Assembly (NCBI GenBank): GCA_951406725.2
Contig: OX597830.1
Location: 38,502,001-38,566,000, forward strand
Origin: Octopus vulgaris
Taxonomy: Eukaryota
DNA length: 64,000 nucleotides
Direction of reading: 5' to 3'
How positions within the stretch are numbered: the first letter of the stretch is position 1; the number at the start of each line of letters is the position of its first letter. A program made the translations under genes and the position numbers. The notes beneath the pieces are model-generated. The model saw nothing but the letters and a program-made list of their open reading frames with translations. It was not told the DNA's origin and ran no database searches. Positions 44,571 through 59,124 of the stretch are shown piece by piece.

Positions 44571-45806
44571 TTACCTAAATTCATTGGAATGCATCTTAGG
44601 ATGGCAGCAATTCCAGTTATCAGAGGTGGCCAGTGTTTTGCTCAGAATATTTCGTCACACATTCACAATTACGCCCTTGACTTATTTTCTCATATCTTAC
44701 AATTTCTACATTTTCATGTAGATTGTAGGCAATAAATAAATATTTATAAGTCAGTACTGTATTTCTAAAGTACATTGACTATATTGCGTTGTTCAATAAC
44801 AAAAAAAAACATAGATTGAGAGTATATTGCGCTGAAATGATGGTTATGCATTTCTATTAAATTAGAAAATTTTTAATAATGTTCTCATATTTATTACACT
44901 ATCATTGATATTGCATGTTCACAGAATGAAGAAATGTAAATTCCAAGTACGTTCGAAATTAATCACAGTCACTATTCTAAAGTTTCTGCCATTTTATAGT
45001 TTTCATAAGTAATATGATACACACTTGTATATTTGTATTCAACAAAATTAGATTTCTGCATGTATTTCTTGTATGAACGAAAGACAACATGGCTGTATGT
45101 AATGAAATTCTTAATGAAATATTTTCATGAACGCCGATTGAGGGATGATTTCCAAAGAAGATATAGATATACAGTTTAAGAACTGAACGGTTTCTCGTGG
45201 GTTCTACTTCTCTATTGAAGCCTTATTATATCCATAAACCTGAGAATGCAATCATCATCTTTTTCTACATTTCTGTTTATTACAAGTAAAAAAAATATTT
45301 TGTATGTGTTCAAATGTCACCATTACTTAGATTTCTTTCATGATGACATCAAACCGTTGAGTCGCCTGTGTAAGTAAAGTACTTTTTTTATTAAACGCTT
45401 AATTATAGCACGTTTATAAGTAAATCTTTCTACTGGGGGCAAAAAAGTCCTGACATTTTGTGTGAGAAGGTTAGTTGATTTCCTCAATTGCAGAACCTGA
45501 TTGGTACTTATTTTTAACGAACCCGAGATAAGGAAAGGCAATTTTGCCCTAGGAGCATAGTGAATTCAGAAGGTACAGTAACAATAATGGCGAAATGCCA
45601 GTAAGCAATGCTGCAACCTTGCCTCTTTACTAGGTTCAAAACTAATAGGCATTTAATGAGTTTACTTGGCTGCTGATAAGAGTCTATACTCTATGTTGTT
45701 ACATATCCGGCCGGTTCCATTTTTTTTTGCGCTGAAGATACGGTATGTAAAAAAGCAGACTTTACATAGCACCCACACGCACGCAAACACACACACACAT
45801 ACACAC

Positions 45807-45820
45807 AGATAGATAGATAA

Positions 45821-45899
<79 letters not shown>

Positions 45900-45900
45900 T
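45807..45900. repeat. (GATA)n microsatellite
   Basis: Directly visible. Confidence 0.95.
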
Positions 45901-46046
45901 AAACATATAGTTTTAGTGCGTATGTACGCACTTTGTCGGATTTGCAGGGAGAATTTAGAACATTTGGATATGAGGCTTACGATTTACAGATTAATGAAAA
46001 TGTACTTATCGGAATATGAATTTTGTGTGTGACTAAATGACAGCGA

Positions 46047-46556
46047 AATTGATGTTCTCTTATTCGCATGCTATGTATGTACTTATAATTATACTCGTAA
46101 TCTGGAGCCTAACTGTGATTGCTTGAAATTCAGGAAATAGCTTTCAAATATCTAAGATATTAAATCTGGCCGTTTTCAATTAGAAATTGTCATCTTCGCC
46201 TAAAATACTAGATAAGACGGTCAACCGAGAATGTCTCTCATAAGAGTAATTTTCTATTAAGCCTTACAAGATGGTTAACAGCAAGTTGCAATCAAGTGTT
46301 TGCTTGCCAGGCAGCAGAAACTTTAGAAACTGTTTAACATATGTCATTTTGAAACATTTTCACAACGCAAAACGTACTATTTCAGCAACAATGAAAACAA
46401 TTTTTATTTTTCCATAGGCATAATTGAAAACGGCCAGATTTAATATCTTAGATATTTGAAAGCTATTTCCTGAATTTCAAGCAATCACAGTTAGGCTCCA
46501 GATTACGAGTATAATTATAAGTACATACATAGCATGCGAATAAGAGAACATCAATT
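46047..46556. repeat. Perfect 136-bp inverted repeat (46047-46182 / 46421-46556), 238-bp spacer
   Basis: Base-by-base reverse complement with no mismatch seen. Confidence 0.96.
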
Positions 46557-49500
46557 GGTTACCATTCTATTTTCAGAAACTTAAAACATGATAAAATTTC
46601 ATGGATCCCCTCCGGTAGTTTTCTAGTTAAACTTGCATTAAATTCATTTAAGATTGAATTCATTCAAGTGACTCACATGCATTTAGGCTTTATTGGGATC
46701 TCTCGAGAGCGGTTTTATCGAACAATTTGCTCATAGTAAAAAAAGAAATTGTATGTATATTAATATTTCTTTCTTATTCTTGTCGAATTTAAATAATTTT
46801 TTTTATTTTTTGCCCCAGGACATTTCTCTGCCTCACGTTTGTTGTTCTTTCGCTTTATTTCTCCGATTAAAAAGTCTTACCTATGCTTGTGTCAATAATT
46901 GTACGTTCTGTTCTATGCAATTTTATTATGCTTCAGAGATTACAGATATTCTACTTCCATTTCTACTTATATGTTGCCTAGCAACTGTAGCACCAAAGCT
47001 TCGAGGAAATATATAATTTCGCACAGTCTAAACCACTATCCAAAATATGTTTTCTTTTATGATATTCTGAATAATTTAGAGGCATTTCGGAGGATATATC
47101 AGTGTTCAATATATTGTAATTGTGTTCCTCGCGAAACTTTTTTATGATTGTTTAATCTCTTTATTTTTTCACATCTTAGACTTTATGTCCGTCTTAAGGT
47201 ATGACCATCTGTTTTGCTTTTTGATTTGTTACTTATTTTTCTTCAATTTATATTAGAATGATGCTTTGCATATTTTCTCAGGTCGTGATTATAGTTATTT
47301 CTGATGGCGATTTTTATAAGCATGAAGTGACTCAGAGGCCCGATATTAGTATAACAATAGAGCAAATCCATAATAATAATAAAAATACTCGAGTATCTGA
47401 CCCAATATCAGTTTATATCAGCAGATATAAATGTTGGTTGTTTGGTTTGTTCGTTGATTTTTCCCGTCACAGTTTAGATTGAGTTGTGAATGGGAGGGAA
47501 AGAGTGAGCGAGAGTAAAACAGAGATAGGGGGACAGTTATATTAGGCAGGATAAATGCACAGGATTGACTTGGTGGCAGGCAATGTGTAAATGTACTACA
47601 TTATAGAGGCGCATGAGAAAGAATTGGATGAATAAAATTCTAGTAAAAATAGTGTAATGGAACAAAGAAGTAAAATAAAAAACAGATGGAAGAGAATGAG
47701 CGTATCGTGGGACAGTGATAGGTAGGACAAAGTAAGGGAGATGGTTATATGTAGGGGAGAGAGGAGTGGGTAGAAGGCGATAGGTAGAGGTGAGAGATTT
47801 TGGTAGAAGTCTGAAAATTTCATAGATAGACAGAGAGGTGGAAACAGTTAATTATTCATATAATGTATAAGAAATTGAAACAGATCGTATTTGAAAAGTG
47901 TCTGAAAAACAACGAAACTGCTGTAACAAAGACTACGATCATCGATTGAAATGTATTCCTACAGGTCAAAAGTAAAAAACGACAGAACAATGTTTTATGT
48001 TCTTCACTATAAACTTTACTTCATAGACATAAATAAATAGATATATTTTTAAACATGCAGACTGATTAATATGCTTGAATTATATAATGTGCAATTATGT
48101 GCGGACATTTTAACAAATATGTTTTTATATGTGCAAAAATAGACACACACAAATAATTATTGCATGTAAGCCTCATTTCTTGACAATACGATTCTGGCAA
48201 TGCTTTTGTATGAATTGTAAATATCATGATGATACTAAGATTATTTTTTAAAAACTTCATAGCTCTAAGAAGCTGGCGAAAGGCGTGCACATATTTTGGT
48301 TGGAGCAAAGTAAGCAAGCTACTTGAAAAAACGTAGATATTAACTGCCATTATATATTTATATATTGTGTAATATAAAGCCATGATTACTTTCATATATG
48401 TCTTACGTTTACGCGTATATATATAATGAGTAAATTATCTCTCGCTTCTTTAGAGACTTACGGAGATTTACTTAATAGAAGTATATTTGATTAGCTAAAC
48501 TATTATGTAAAATACAATTTATCATTATACACCTGAACAATGAAATAGAGCGACGAACGACTCAAATGAAATATCCCCAGCATTAAATGTCACCCTCTTC
48601 TCGATGCGTGTGAAATTCCAAGTGAGTCGATGTGGTTTTTGTTCTAATGTGCTTTGTTATATTGATGAAAACAGCAAAGAAACGATGAGACAGGCTTACA
48701 TTTCAATAAGCTATATTTTTGGTAGAAAATCTTTGGCTTCATTTCTATCTAAGAATCAGCTATCTAGATTAATTCCTTCGTAATAAAATGGCATTATTTA
48801 TTTTAAAATGAATAGCTTAATTTTCTAGAAATGAGGCCTAATAGACTTGCTGTTTATCAAATTGAAAACAGTTATGAAAAGTACGTTTTTCAATAAAGAA
48901 AGCAAATATAATATATAAATAGGGTGAATGTCTGAAGTGAATGAAATTAGAAGGTTTAATATCATTCTATATGAGATAACTTTCCAATCGTTTTTCTCCA
49001 TTACTTATGAGTTATATCATAATGAAAACGAGCAGGTATTCAATATTTATTTAAAATATTTTTCGATATTATTTAGTTCGGGTGAAGATAAAATTGGCAA
49101 TGGTTTTCGTAAAATTTTGGCATTGTAGTGAATACTTTTTATCTTTTTTAAGAGAAACAAGAATGCAATACTACTTCAACTACAGAACTATCGATGCCAA
49201 TATTTCGTGTTAACACTCAAATTAATAGTCATCGTTCGTAAGGCGCCACGTTGGCAGAATCACTAGCACAGTGGTCAAAATGCTTTACGATATTTTGTCG
49301 GATTTTACATCCTAATTTCAACTTTGAATTCATCTTCTTAGGGTCAATAAAAAGCGTCCCACCTGAATACTGGGATCAATGTAATCGACTTATCCCCTCG
49401 TCAAACTTGCTGCCCTTATGCCAAAATTTGAAACCAATAGTCACGGTTCACTAATACACGATTCAAGTAATACCCGATTTCATGTTAGTTTTTACCTGTC

Positions 49501-49732
49501 TTCATAAATTATGTATGAAGTGAGTGTGTGTTTGCAGGTATTTGTATGAGTGGGTGTCAAGGAAGAAATGCATAACCTTTCAAGGCAGAAAAAGCAGAGT
49601 GTTCAATTTTGATATATTTTCGTTACTGCTCCTTTTTCTTATATATATATAGTTTGTGCTTATTTTATGTCGTGAACCGAATGCTACAAACTTAAGCATC
49701 CGTATTATTTCTTTGCCAAAATAAACTGCCTA

Positions 49733-50761
49733 CGATGGTCGTTCAATAAGTAATGCCCCTGACCCACTTGCAGTTATTTGATCTAGCTGCAATTTTGCAT
49801 GTGCTATTATTTATATCCCCATAGATGAAGCGGCAAATTACAACTCTGAACTAATTGCGGTTTCTGATTTACAGGTGTTTGAACTGAGTCAAGTGTGAAA
49901 TGGAGCCTGTTGAGTGTCAAGCAGTGATCTGGTTTTTGTATTTGAAAGGATGCACACCACGGGAGAATTTTGATGAAATGAAAGTAACTTATGGTGATGA
50001 TGCCCCATCATATGACCTTGTAAAACGCTGGCATCGTGAATTCAAACATGGTCGGAACTCTGTGGAAAGAGCTCCCAAATCTGGTCGCCCCCCTTCTGCC
50101 ATTGATGAGGCATCTGTCCGTCAAGTTGAGGCTGCCAGTTTTGGAAGATCGACGCATAACTATTCGCCAAATAGCCCATGAGGTCAAGATTAGTACCGGG
50201 TCTGTGGAAACTATCATTCATGACCATTTGCATATGCAAAAGGTGTCTGCCAGATGGATTTCCAGGTTGCTCACACCTTTCCAGAAGCAAGAACGCGTTG
50301 AGTGCTCGAGGATGAATTTGGAGATGTGCCAAGAAGATGAGTCAAAAATTTTCAAAAGACTGATCACACAGGATAAAACCTGGGTCCATCACTATGATCC
50401 ATAGACCAAAGCCCAGTCAATGCAGTGGAATCACCGTGACTCACCTCCTCCAAAGAAGGCAGGGTGCAGCCCTCCGCTGGCAAGGTCATGCTCACAGTCT
50501 TCTGGAACCAGGACGGAGTAGTGATGACGTTGTTTTTGAAAGGAAAGCGTTTCCCAGATGATGCAGCCTTCTGAAGTCACGTCGTGGTTGGAGGACCAAG
50601 CTGGGGGGGGGTCTTCTACAAAAACGGTCTCCGGAGCTGCATCAAGCGATGCGTAACTCTGGGTGGTTCCTATGTAGAAAAATACTAATAACTGTGTCAA
50701 GTTTCGTTGCTCTACTGCTATGAGAAGTGGGTCAGGGGCATTACTTATTGAACGCTCCTCG
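49733..50761 (+). mobile_element. Mariner transposon with both TIRs and TA target duplication; internally deleted transposase pseudogene
   Basis: TA|cgatggtcgttcaataagtaatgcccctgacccactt ... aagtgggtcaggggcattacttattgaacgctcctcg|TA; protein motifs PKSGRP, KVSARWISRLLT and LITQDKTWVHHYDP; no DNA/YSPDL region seen. Confidence 0.95.
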
Positions 50762-51659
50762 TATGTGCGTGTATTTATATTGTGTCGTGTATATTATATT
50801 CATTTTTTTATGTTACGAGTCGGGTAAAGAAGTGATCAAGTCAGCTTAAGAATATTACATGAAATCTGTCTTCGTATAAACATCTCAGCGCTTTAACTAA
50901 CTGCTGCCTTCAAATGGACTTATACATGATTTTACCATATAAACGTATCGAATAAATATTTCAAGCTTGTTTAAATAAATAAGAGGACAGACAGAGACCG
51001 AGACGAAATGACTTCAAGTATTTGGATTCGTACGTTTTCTATTTTAATAAATTAAAGCAGGATATATTCCGCTTTCCCTCCTTCGTAGCTTGAAAATACA
51101 ATGCCTCATTTACCGGGCCATAATCGATTTTACTCATTCTCAAGTATGGGCATAATGCCAGCTACATGTCTCAAAATCTAACTACATGCATTCTTCCGTT
51201 CCCTTTCTTCCTTACACAAATTCTCACGCATTTACGACCCTGCAGAACATTTCCGGAATAATATTCAGAAAATCTTCTCGAAATTCAATGGTGGGAATTG
51301 CAGAGGTTTCTAAAGGTTTGCAACGGCTATGAGCATGGTCCGCTTGTCGGAAATATAATAAGACAAATCCTCGCGTAATTAAAAGAAAACTATAACATGT
51401 AAAATTCTATCTTGAAATTACAATATCCGACCTGCATTTATGCTCTTACTGATAAGTAAATGATTCTTAATGTATTAGAACATTTGCAAAATATATAGTC
51501 TACCTGATTTCCGAATCCTCCTCCTTGTAAAACGTTGCTTAAAGGAACGTTATCAAAAAGATTATGAACCATGCAACTGCCGTTTAAAATTGTGGTATTG
51601 GATAGGGGAAGGAAGCGAAAGTGTATGAGCATCCCACAGCACCAAATCACTTATAACAA

Positions 51660-51810
51660 TTTTGCGAACTGACAAAATTACTAGCATGCCAGGCAAAATG
51701 CTTAGTGGCATTTTGTCGGTTGCTACCGTCGGTGTTCAAATACCGCCGAGGTCGACTTAATGTTTCATCCTGTAGGGGCCGATAAAATAAGTACCAGTTG
51801 AGCACCTTCA
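51660..51810 (+). mobile_element. Decayed SINE
   Basis: tagcatgccaggcaaaatgcttagtggcattt...gttcaaataccgccgaggtcgact...gataaaataagtaccagttgagcac; a related decayed copy lies at about 49242-49430. Confidence 0.6.
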
Positions 51811-53296
51811 CCAGAATAGCCAGCGATGAGCGAAAATCTGAAACCTGCATTAATAATTTATAATCTTAGCGATATTGATGAAGTAGCAGGAATGTTACCC
51901 AGTCGGTATAAACTATTGCCGTATATATTTGTACTTAAATTACAGTGTAATATAAAATTAAGGGAGAAACGTATATTGAGACAAATAGAACTAAATTGCA
52001 AAAACATATACTAGTGTTTCACTTGATTCTCTTTCAAAACGATTTTTTTACGTACAGACCAATTAGAACGAACGATTAAATCGGTAAATGCATCTACGCT
52101 CGAATTCATAATCTAGAGGAATATCGGAAGAAAATGATTTAATAATTCCTAAAAGACGAAAGCTGGAACGGCAGGGAATCTCCACCGGCAGAATAAAGTC
52201 TCTTACAATATGAACATTAATCCTTTCATAATCTGATTCCATATCTTGCTCCTATTTATCGAACTACTGTACTATAAAATAGAAACCGGTCATGTAATAG
52301 AATGTAACCACTTCGTTACACATACATTTTCCTGTCCAGTGAAAGATAGGGAAATAATAATTAACCGCAAAATAGCATTTTGTCTGATTATTACGTTTGA
52401 TATAAACTTGAAAACTAGAAAAATAGGAATTATTTCGCTTCGCAGCAACGAAACTGAGATGTTCATCAACTTAAGTATCAGCAGTTAGCTTACAATATTT
52501 TTTTATCACTATAATTGTTGTACACAAGTAGTTCTTGGCGAAATTATACGATCTATTCTGATATACGATTATCTTCACTGTATTATCAAATTTTGGGGAA
52601 TTATTCTTAAGACAATGACAGAAAGTTTGAAGCCAATTTATTTCTTGATAACACAATCAGGAAAAATGCTAATTGCACAAAGACTACCAAGTAAAACCAA
52701 ACAATCACTGTAAGGGTAGGGTAAATTTTAATTGTGCGACGGTTGTGTACCTAACAAAATCTCAGTCTATTAAATGAAATGAATTTACAAGACGGAAAAC
52801 AATTATCGAAACACTGACTACCTTTAATACCATCAATCTTGCTGCCCTGAACAGCCTGCCAAAGTCATGGACACAATTGCTGCCGACCAAATTAAAATAT
52901 CCACGTTCAAATGGTATCATCCAGAAACTATTTCAGAAATTTCTATCCCAAATATCTTTTTATTTATAATTTTTTCTCTCACTTTTGGTATTTCGATAGG
53001 CAAAAATATGCAAAGCAAATGAACGGTGTAAAATATCAATTCTTCAACTGGAAACGTGAAACACTGCTGCCAGAGAAATTTCCCAGAATTCGCAGATAAA
53101 TTCAAAATTCAGCCAGAAGTTATTTATGTCTGTTTGGGATGAAGCCTTTTAAATAAATAGTTAATTATAATATTTCATTTTTGATTAGAAACCAAACAAG
53201 TATAAGCCAACATCTTGAAATAGCGTAGAGAACAGAACATATTATATTTTCAACAGTTAGAGGAAATAATAGATGTTCAAGATTATGTGTAGCAAA

Positions 53297-53560
53297 TTGG
53301 GCAGGTGTGTCCTACTATAGGGTTGGATCGAACACAGCCTTGTGAGTGGATTTGGTAGACGGAAACTGAAAGAGGCCTGTCGTGTGTATATATATATATA
53401 TATATACATATATTTATATGTGTGTGTTTGTGTATGTGTGTAGTTGTCTACCCATCACAACTAGACAACCGGCGTTGATGTGTTCGCGTACCTGTAGCTT
53501 AGCCATAAGGCAAAAGGGACCCATAGTATAAGAAACTTTCGGGTATGCTTGTCCCAGTGA
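53297..53560 (+). mobile_element. Decayed copy of the 24351-type SINE
   Basis: gccttgtgagtggatttggtagacggaaactgaaaga is an identical block. Confidence 0.85.
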
Positions 53561-54411
53561 CTGGCACGAACTGATTAGGTTTTGAGATAGATCCGGTACC
53601 GGGCAAGGAATTTACTTAATTTTTGAGAGCGGTCGGATTCATTTTTAGTATTCTCGTTTTTTAGAGTAGTAGAATTTATTTCAGATATTCTTATTTTAAA
53701 AATCATCTCCGGGTAATCATTGGGAAGACATTGATGCAACATTGGCGTAGGGTTGCGCTCTCTGTGTGGACTTGTTATTATTGATATGGACTAAATCATT
53801 TGTATCAAAGTGATGAACCGGATAAATACTTGAGTATGATTTAAAGCTGTGAGAAACCTTAGCATATAACTCATATAATGGTGAGTTTTTTTGGTTTTTT
53901 TTTATTTTCATGACAGTATGTGGACTTCCCCACACAATCTTATACAGTTGCCTAATGGTTGCATTACAAATATATTTTCTGAAGAAGACAGACAATTCTG
54001 CTGTGCAGTATCAATATTTATTCGAACAGATTATTGAACCCTGAAATATAACGTGCAAAATATAAGTATGACTGCGGTTTCACAGCGGAGAAGAGACTGC
54101 TAAACATAACTTAAACAAAGTCGTTAAAGTGAGATTCACAACAGGTAAATGCACTATAGTGATGTGTTTTTGATGTTTTGAAGAATGGTAATGCATATAT
54201 ATATATATATATATATATATAATGTGGAGTAGGAGGACAGCCAATAACTGATGAAGGGGCGGTCTTTATGTCACTTGTCCTGTTTTCCATTTGTTTCTCT
54301 CGTTTGCGTATTCAACTCATTTACTTTCGTATTTCATATTGATTATAGTTTATGACATCCTGTACCCATATATGCACATATATATACAAACATACATATA
54401 TACATATATAC

Positions 54412-54459
<48 letters not shown>

Positions 54460-54508
54460 ATATGTATCTTTGTATGTATATATATATATAAATAGAAATA
54501 TATATATA

Positions 54509-54570
54509 TCGGTGTTGATGTGTCTCTTCAGAATTAATGATACACATCTGAAGTGACACATCAGCACTGA
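54509..54570 (+). other. 24-bp hairpin with 14-nt loop (pre-miRNA-sized)
   Basis: tcggtgttgatgtgtctcttcaga pairs with tctgaagtgacacatcagcactga with one mismatch and two G.U pairs. Confidence 0.7.
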
Positions 54571-55819
54571 CTGCTACTCCTAAACTAGCTGTTCAGTATC
54601 CCATCCATGCGGGATCGATGCTAGAAATAATTGTAGTGATTAATAAACGTTCTCATGTCTTCCATCTTCCGTTTCTCTCATTAATCGAACACACACCCAC
54701 ATACAGATATTTACGTCAATATATGGATTCAAGTAATTTATTTTCTTTATTAAATGTGATAATGTAAGTTATTTGCATGTTTTTGAGTTACGATTTGTCG
54801 TGATATTGGGAGATTACCCATATAGAAATGTCCAGATTTGATAGTCTAGGGGAACAGACATTTATGCAGAGTTCACGTAAAACTTGAAAACCATATTGCA
54901 TAGATGTTTGTCTCACTGGATGTTATAGTCAAGTGATCTCTGTATAAATCGTTGATATCTTCGTTTAGTTTTTGTAACAAGAAGTATTTAACTTTTATAT
55001 GCAATTTCATTTCATTTAGATTAAAACAAATGTCTTATGATTACAGATTGGTGTCAGAGAATTACAACACTAAAAGCAAAATTGATCGGGAATTGCTATT
55101 CAATAGATAAATGAAGGAAATTCTTCATAATATATAATTGGTTAACATGTTCAAATTTTTAAATGTTTTTTTACCTTAATTGAGCTTAATAAACTTTGCG
55201 TTCGCTCTCTATACATTCATCAGCAAATATATGCTTGTCATAAAACAGAACCATCATTATGTGGAATCTGATTTTCCCTTCTTCAAATTGTAAGACAAAT
55301 ATAAAATGTTCTGGAAATCGATTATTCTTTTGCTTTCAGAATAAGTCATGAATTATGTTTTTGGCGTAAATATTCTACGTTACATATGTAGGATATTATC
55401 ATTTCAGACGCTAATTGTATACCGTGCAAAAGTACACCAGACTTTTGCTCTTATCATATCAAAAGAACTGGTGTTTGGATACAATTGATCATATTTTATT
55501 GTCGGATGAAATATCATTCTTATGCAGTATATTATTTATACATAATATATAGAAGAACAATGAAATATATCGTGAACCCCTATTGCGTGTTATGTATGAT
55601 AGTTTCTGTATGATAGCGATATAATATATTTTTCTTAATTAGCGTTATGTAAGTTATGTAACATTGAATGTTATTGAATTAATATCACATAACATTTCAT
55701 AATGGCTGTAATCGTCAAGATACGTTGTTGTGTTTATAATATACTCAGGATTCCTACTATGTGTCTAATAATTGGCCGTTTTCATCTATGTAGACAGTCA
55801 ATTTAGATTAGATGTCACT

Positions 55820-58655
55820 TAATCGAACATATCAGAGGCTCCCCTTCTTGCAGCTTCTTTCATGGATGATACTTCGTATGATTGAAGCGCACCTTCTGTC
55901 ACAGTATTTGCATACCAAGAAGGTTGCTCGGCGCTCTGCATTTCTGTTGTTTTTCTTTCGCCGCTGACGCTTCTCAACTAGTTTGTTGTAGCTGTTCTCC
56001 AGCAAAGCAGTTCACCACAGACCTCCATGTTGTTCATTCCTCATCTCTCTCCTCCCATGTGCTGACATCCACCTGACATTTGGACAAACTAGTTTTTGCA
56101 AGTGTCCTTATATCTCAGCTTTGGTATTCGCCTTGGTCTCTTGCCTGTGCCAGTTCTCCATAGAGCAGGTGCTTCGGGATTTCGATGGACATCCATTCTC
56201 CTGACATGCCCCAGCCACCTCAGTCTCCTCATACACATGATAGATGTCATGCTATGAAGATTCGTCTGCGCCAGCACTGCAACATTGGTGACCTTGTCGC
56301 GCCATGCTAGGCCTAGGATCCTGCGGAGGCATCTGAGATGGAAATTGCCGAGGCACCTTTCATGTCTGCTGTACAAGGTCCATGTTTCAGATCCATAGGG
56401 GAGTGTGCTGAGAACACCTGCTTCATAAATCCTGATCTTTGTGTTGACATCTAATCTCTTATTCTCCCATACTGTTTTTTTCAGCCTTCCAAAAGTTCTT
56501 GCTGCCTTCCCTATCCTAACATTAATCTCATCATAAAGTGAAGTAGTAGGCGAGGTAGTAGACCCTAGATAGCAGAACCTGTCCACTGCCTTAAAATGTT
56601 TGTCATCAAGCTTGATGTGGCCTTTCACTGCGCCCCCCTGAGTGTGGATGACTGTCTTCTTTACACAGATGACCAAACTGAAGGCTTTGCATGCTGATGA
56701 TAGGTGGTCCATCATTATAGATTTAATTCACTGTGAGCCACAAGTGCTTCATCTTCAGCGAAGAGAAAGTTTTTTATTGTTGCTCTATTGATCTTAGTCT
56801 TGGCCCGAAATCTAGAAACATCAAAGAGTGGCCCATCAGTTCTCCAGCAAAGGGAGACATTGCCCGGCAACTCTTGAAATGCATACTGCAGCAATACAGC
56901 AAAGTAAATGCTGAAAAGGATTGGTGCTAAAACACAACCTTGTTTTACTCCGTTGTTGATGTTGAAGGTATCTGATATTAAACCGTCAAGCTGAATGGTG
57001 GCCTTCATGTCATCATGGAACGAAGCACTGAGCTGCAGTAGTATGGGGGGCATTTTACAAGCACCATATACAGTCCTGACCTGCTGACTGTATCAAATGC
57101 CTTTGCCAGATCGACAAATGCTATATATATAGGGAACTGCTGCTCCCGGCATTTTTCTTGTAGTTGACGAATAGAGAAGATCATATCCATTGTTGAGCGG
57201 TTAGATCTAAAACCGCACTGGCTCTCTGGTAGTACACTTTCTGTTAGCTTCTGAAGTCGTTTCAGAATGATCTTCGCAAAAGCTTTTCCATTGATGCTCA
57301 GAAGTGCGATGTCTCTCCAGTTATTGCAATCTCCCTTGTCGCCTTTATTTTTGTACAGAGTGATGATCTTGTGATCTCTCATATCCTGTAGAATTTTTAC
57401 TTCCAATCAACACGTCTTTAGTAACTTGTATAAATGTGGAACGATGGCATCTTTGTTCCCTATCAACACTTCAGCAGGTATATTGTAATTCCCGGGTGCT
57501 TTTCCGCTTGCATGTTCATCGATTGCAGTGGAGAGTTCTTCTTCCGTTGGTGGTATGTCAAGTTCTGTCATTTCGGGGAACTGACAGCCCGATTAAGCTG
57601 TCTATCAACATCTCGCTCCTTTGTGTACAACTGAGTGTAATGTTCCACCCATCTTTCCACTTGTTTCTTCTTGTCCGTCAGCTGGTCACCTGTTGCAGAC
57701 TTGAGAGATGCCACTTTACTCCCTATTGGTCCGATAGCAACTCTAATCTTCTCATAAATTTTTTTCCTAATGTTACCCGCCTGCTGTATTTCTAAGCAAA
57801 ATATATCCCAGTACTGGTTAGCACATTTTCTAGTTTCTTTTTGAAGGCTGGATTTTGCAGCACGTAGCTGTTGCTTTCTATTTTCTGTTGGCTTTCTATT
57901 GTGATTTATTGAGATCTTGCGCTTTTTATCAAGTAATAGCATTAGTATTGATGCATTGGCTTCGATCGAATTCTCCTTGGAAAATCGATCCGTTCCAAAG
58001 TCCTCGACGCAGAAACATCTATTGCTGATTTCATGTTATTCCGCATTTCGTCAGGGGATGCGCTATTTAGGTTTTGAAGCTGCTCTTCAACATGTTCTTG
58101 AAATTTGGTTCTAATCGCTGGATCATGGGTACTTTTTATGGGTTGATCTTAGATTTCTTTCGGTCTTCGGTTCTTGGTGTTTTCTTTGTGACCATCTTTA
58201 CCTTGGCTATAACCAACAGATGATCTGTGTTACAGTCTGCACTGTGGAAGGATCTTGTTTGCTTCACAGTGTTGACATCATTCTTTCTGATGATGACAAA
58301 GTCAATCTGATGTCAATGATCTGATCGTGGATGGTACCAAGAAACTTTATGCTGGTCTTTACCAATATAGAAAGTGTTTGCAATGCACAGGTTGTTATTT
58401 GTGCAGAAGAGTCTCTGGCCATTCTCATTGATTTTCCCCAGTCCAAACTGTCCAAGGCAGTTGGGCCATGGTTGGTGATCAGCGCCTACTTTTGCATTGA
58501 AATTGCCCATGAGAAAGAGTTGCTCTGCCTGTTGATCACATCCTGATGTTCCTCGGGAAACTGATCTTTCTTCTCATTTTCTGCTGTTAGAATCGGGGCA
58601 TAGGAACTAATGAGATGGGCGTTTCCAGTTTTAGTCCCCACTTCCATGACGGTGA
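55820..58655 (-). mobile_element. RTE-clade LINE (APE + RT), decayed
   Basis: GNFNAKVG...NENGQRL (APE); QCGFRSNRSTMDMIFSIRQLQEKCREQ; FVDLAKAFDTV; GVKQGCVLAPILF; LFAED (FADD position); YGSETW; RRLRWLGHVRRM. Many frameshifts. Confidence 0.93.
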
Positions 58656-59124
58656 TGTGCTATGTGTCTATGTGTCAGTGTGTCTGTGTATGTGTGTTTG
58701 TCTTTGTGCATGTATATCCATATATATATAAACTAAAAGAGAATTTCGTTGAAGAGTTTTTTCCCCTCGTGCCGAGTTGTAGTGAAAAAGGGAAAAAATA
58801 TAAAACAAAAGATCGATAATGCATACAATTTACATATCTTCAATATATTATTATTCTCTAGCGGTTTCGCGTTTCGTGTATCATGACATTCAGATTCTTT
58901 ATAATATTGCAATTTCGTATTTTCTTAAAGGGTTTTTAGTCCATGTTGCTTATATGAGGATATGATTTTAAATGAGACAGCGTGTACAAAAGAAATCTAA
59001 GGGTAAGTAACTGGTGATTATTATTATTCGAGAAAAGGAAATACACTTTGTTGTAGGGTGTATATAAATGTATAAATATATATATATATATATATATGCG
59101 TGTGTGTGCATATATATTATATTA

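Noticed and set aside
45728-45765. Hammerhead at CTGAAGA-TAC...GTA
   Set aside because: The GAAA position reads AAAA and stems I and III are unconvincing.
54248-54290. Hammerhead at CTGATGA
   Set aside because: No GAAA after the putative stem II, and no stem III or stem I found.
55820-58655. Intact, active RTE LINE
   Set aside because: Fragmented over many frames, and the catalytic FADD reads FAED.
58855-58995. Minus-strand hammerhead remnant (GCGAAACCGCTAGAGAA)
   Set aside because: No recognisable CUGANGA core; too decayed to call.
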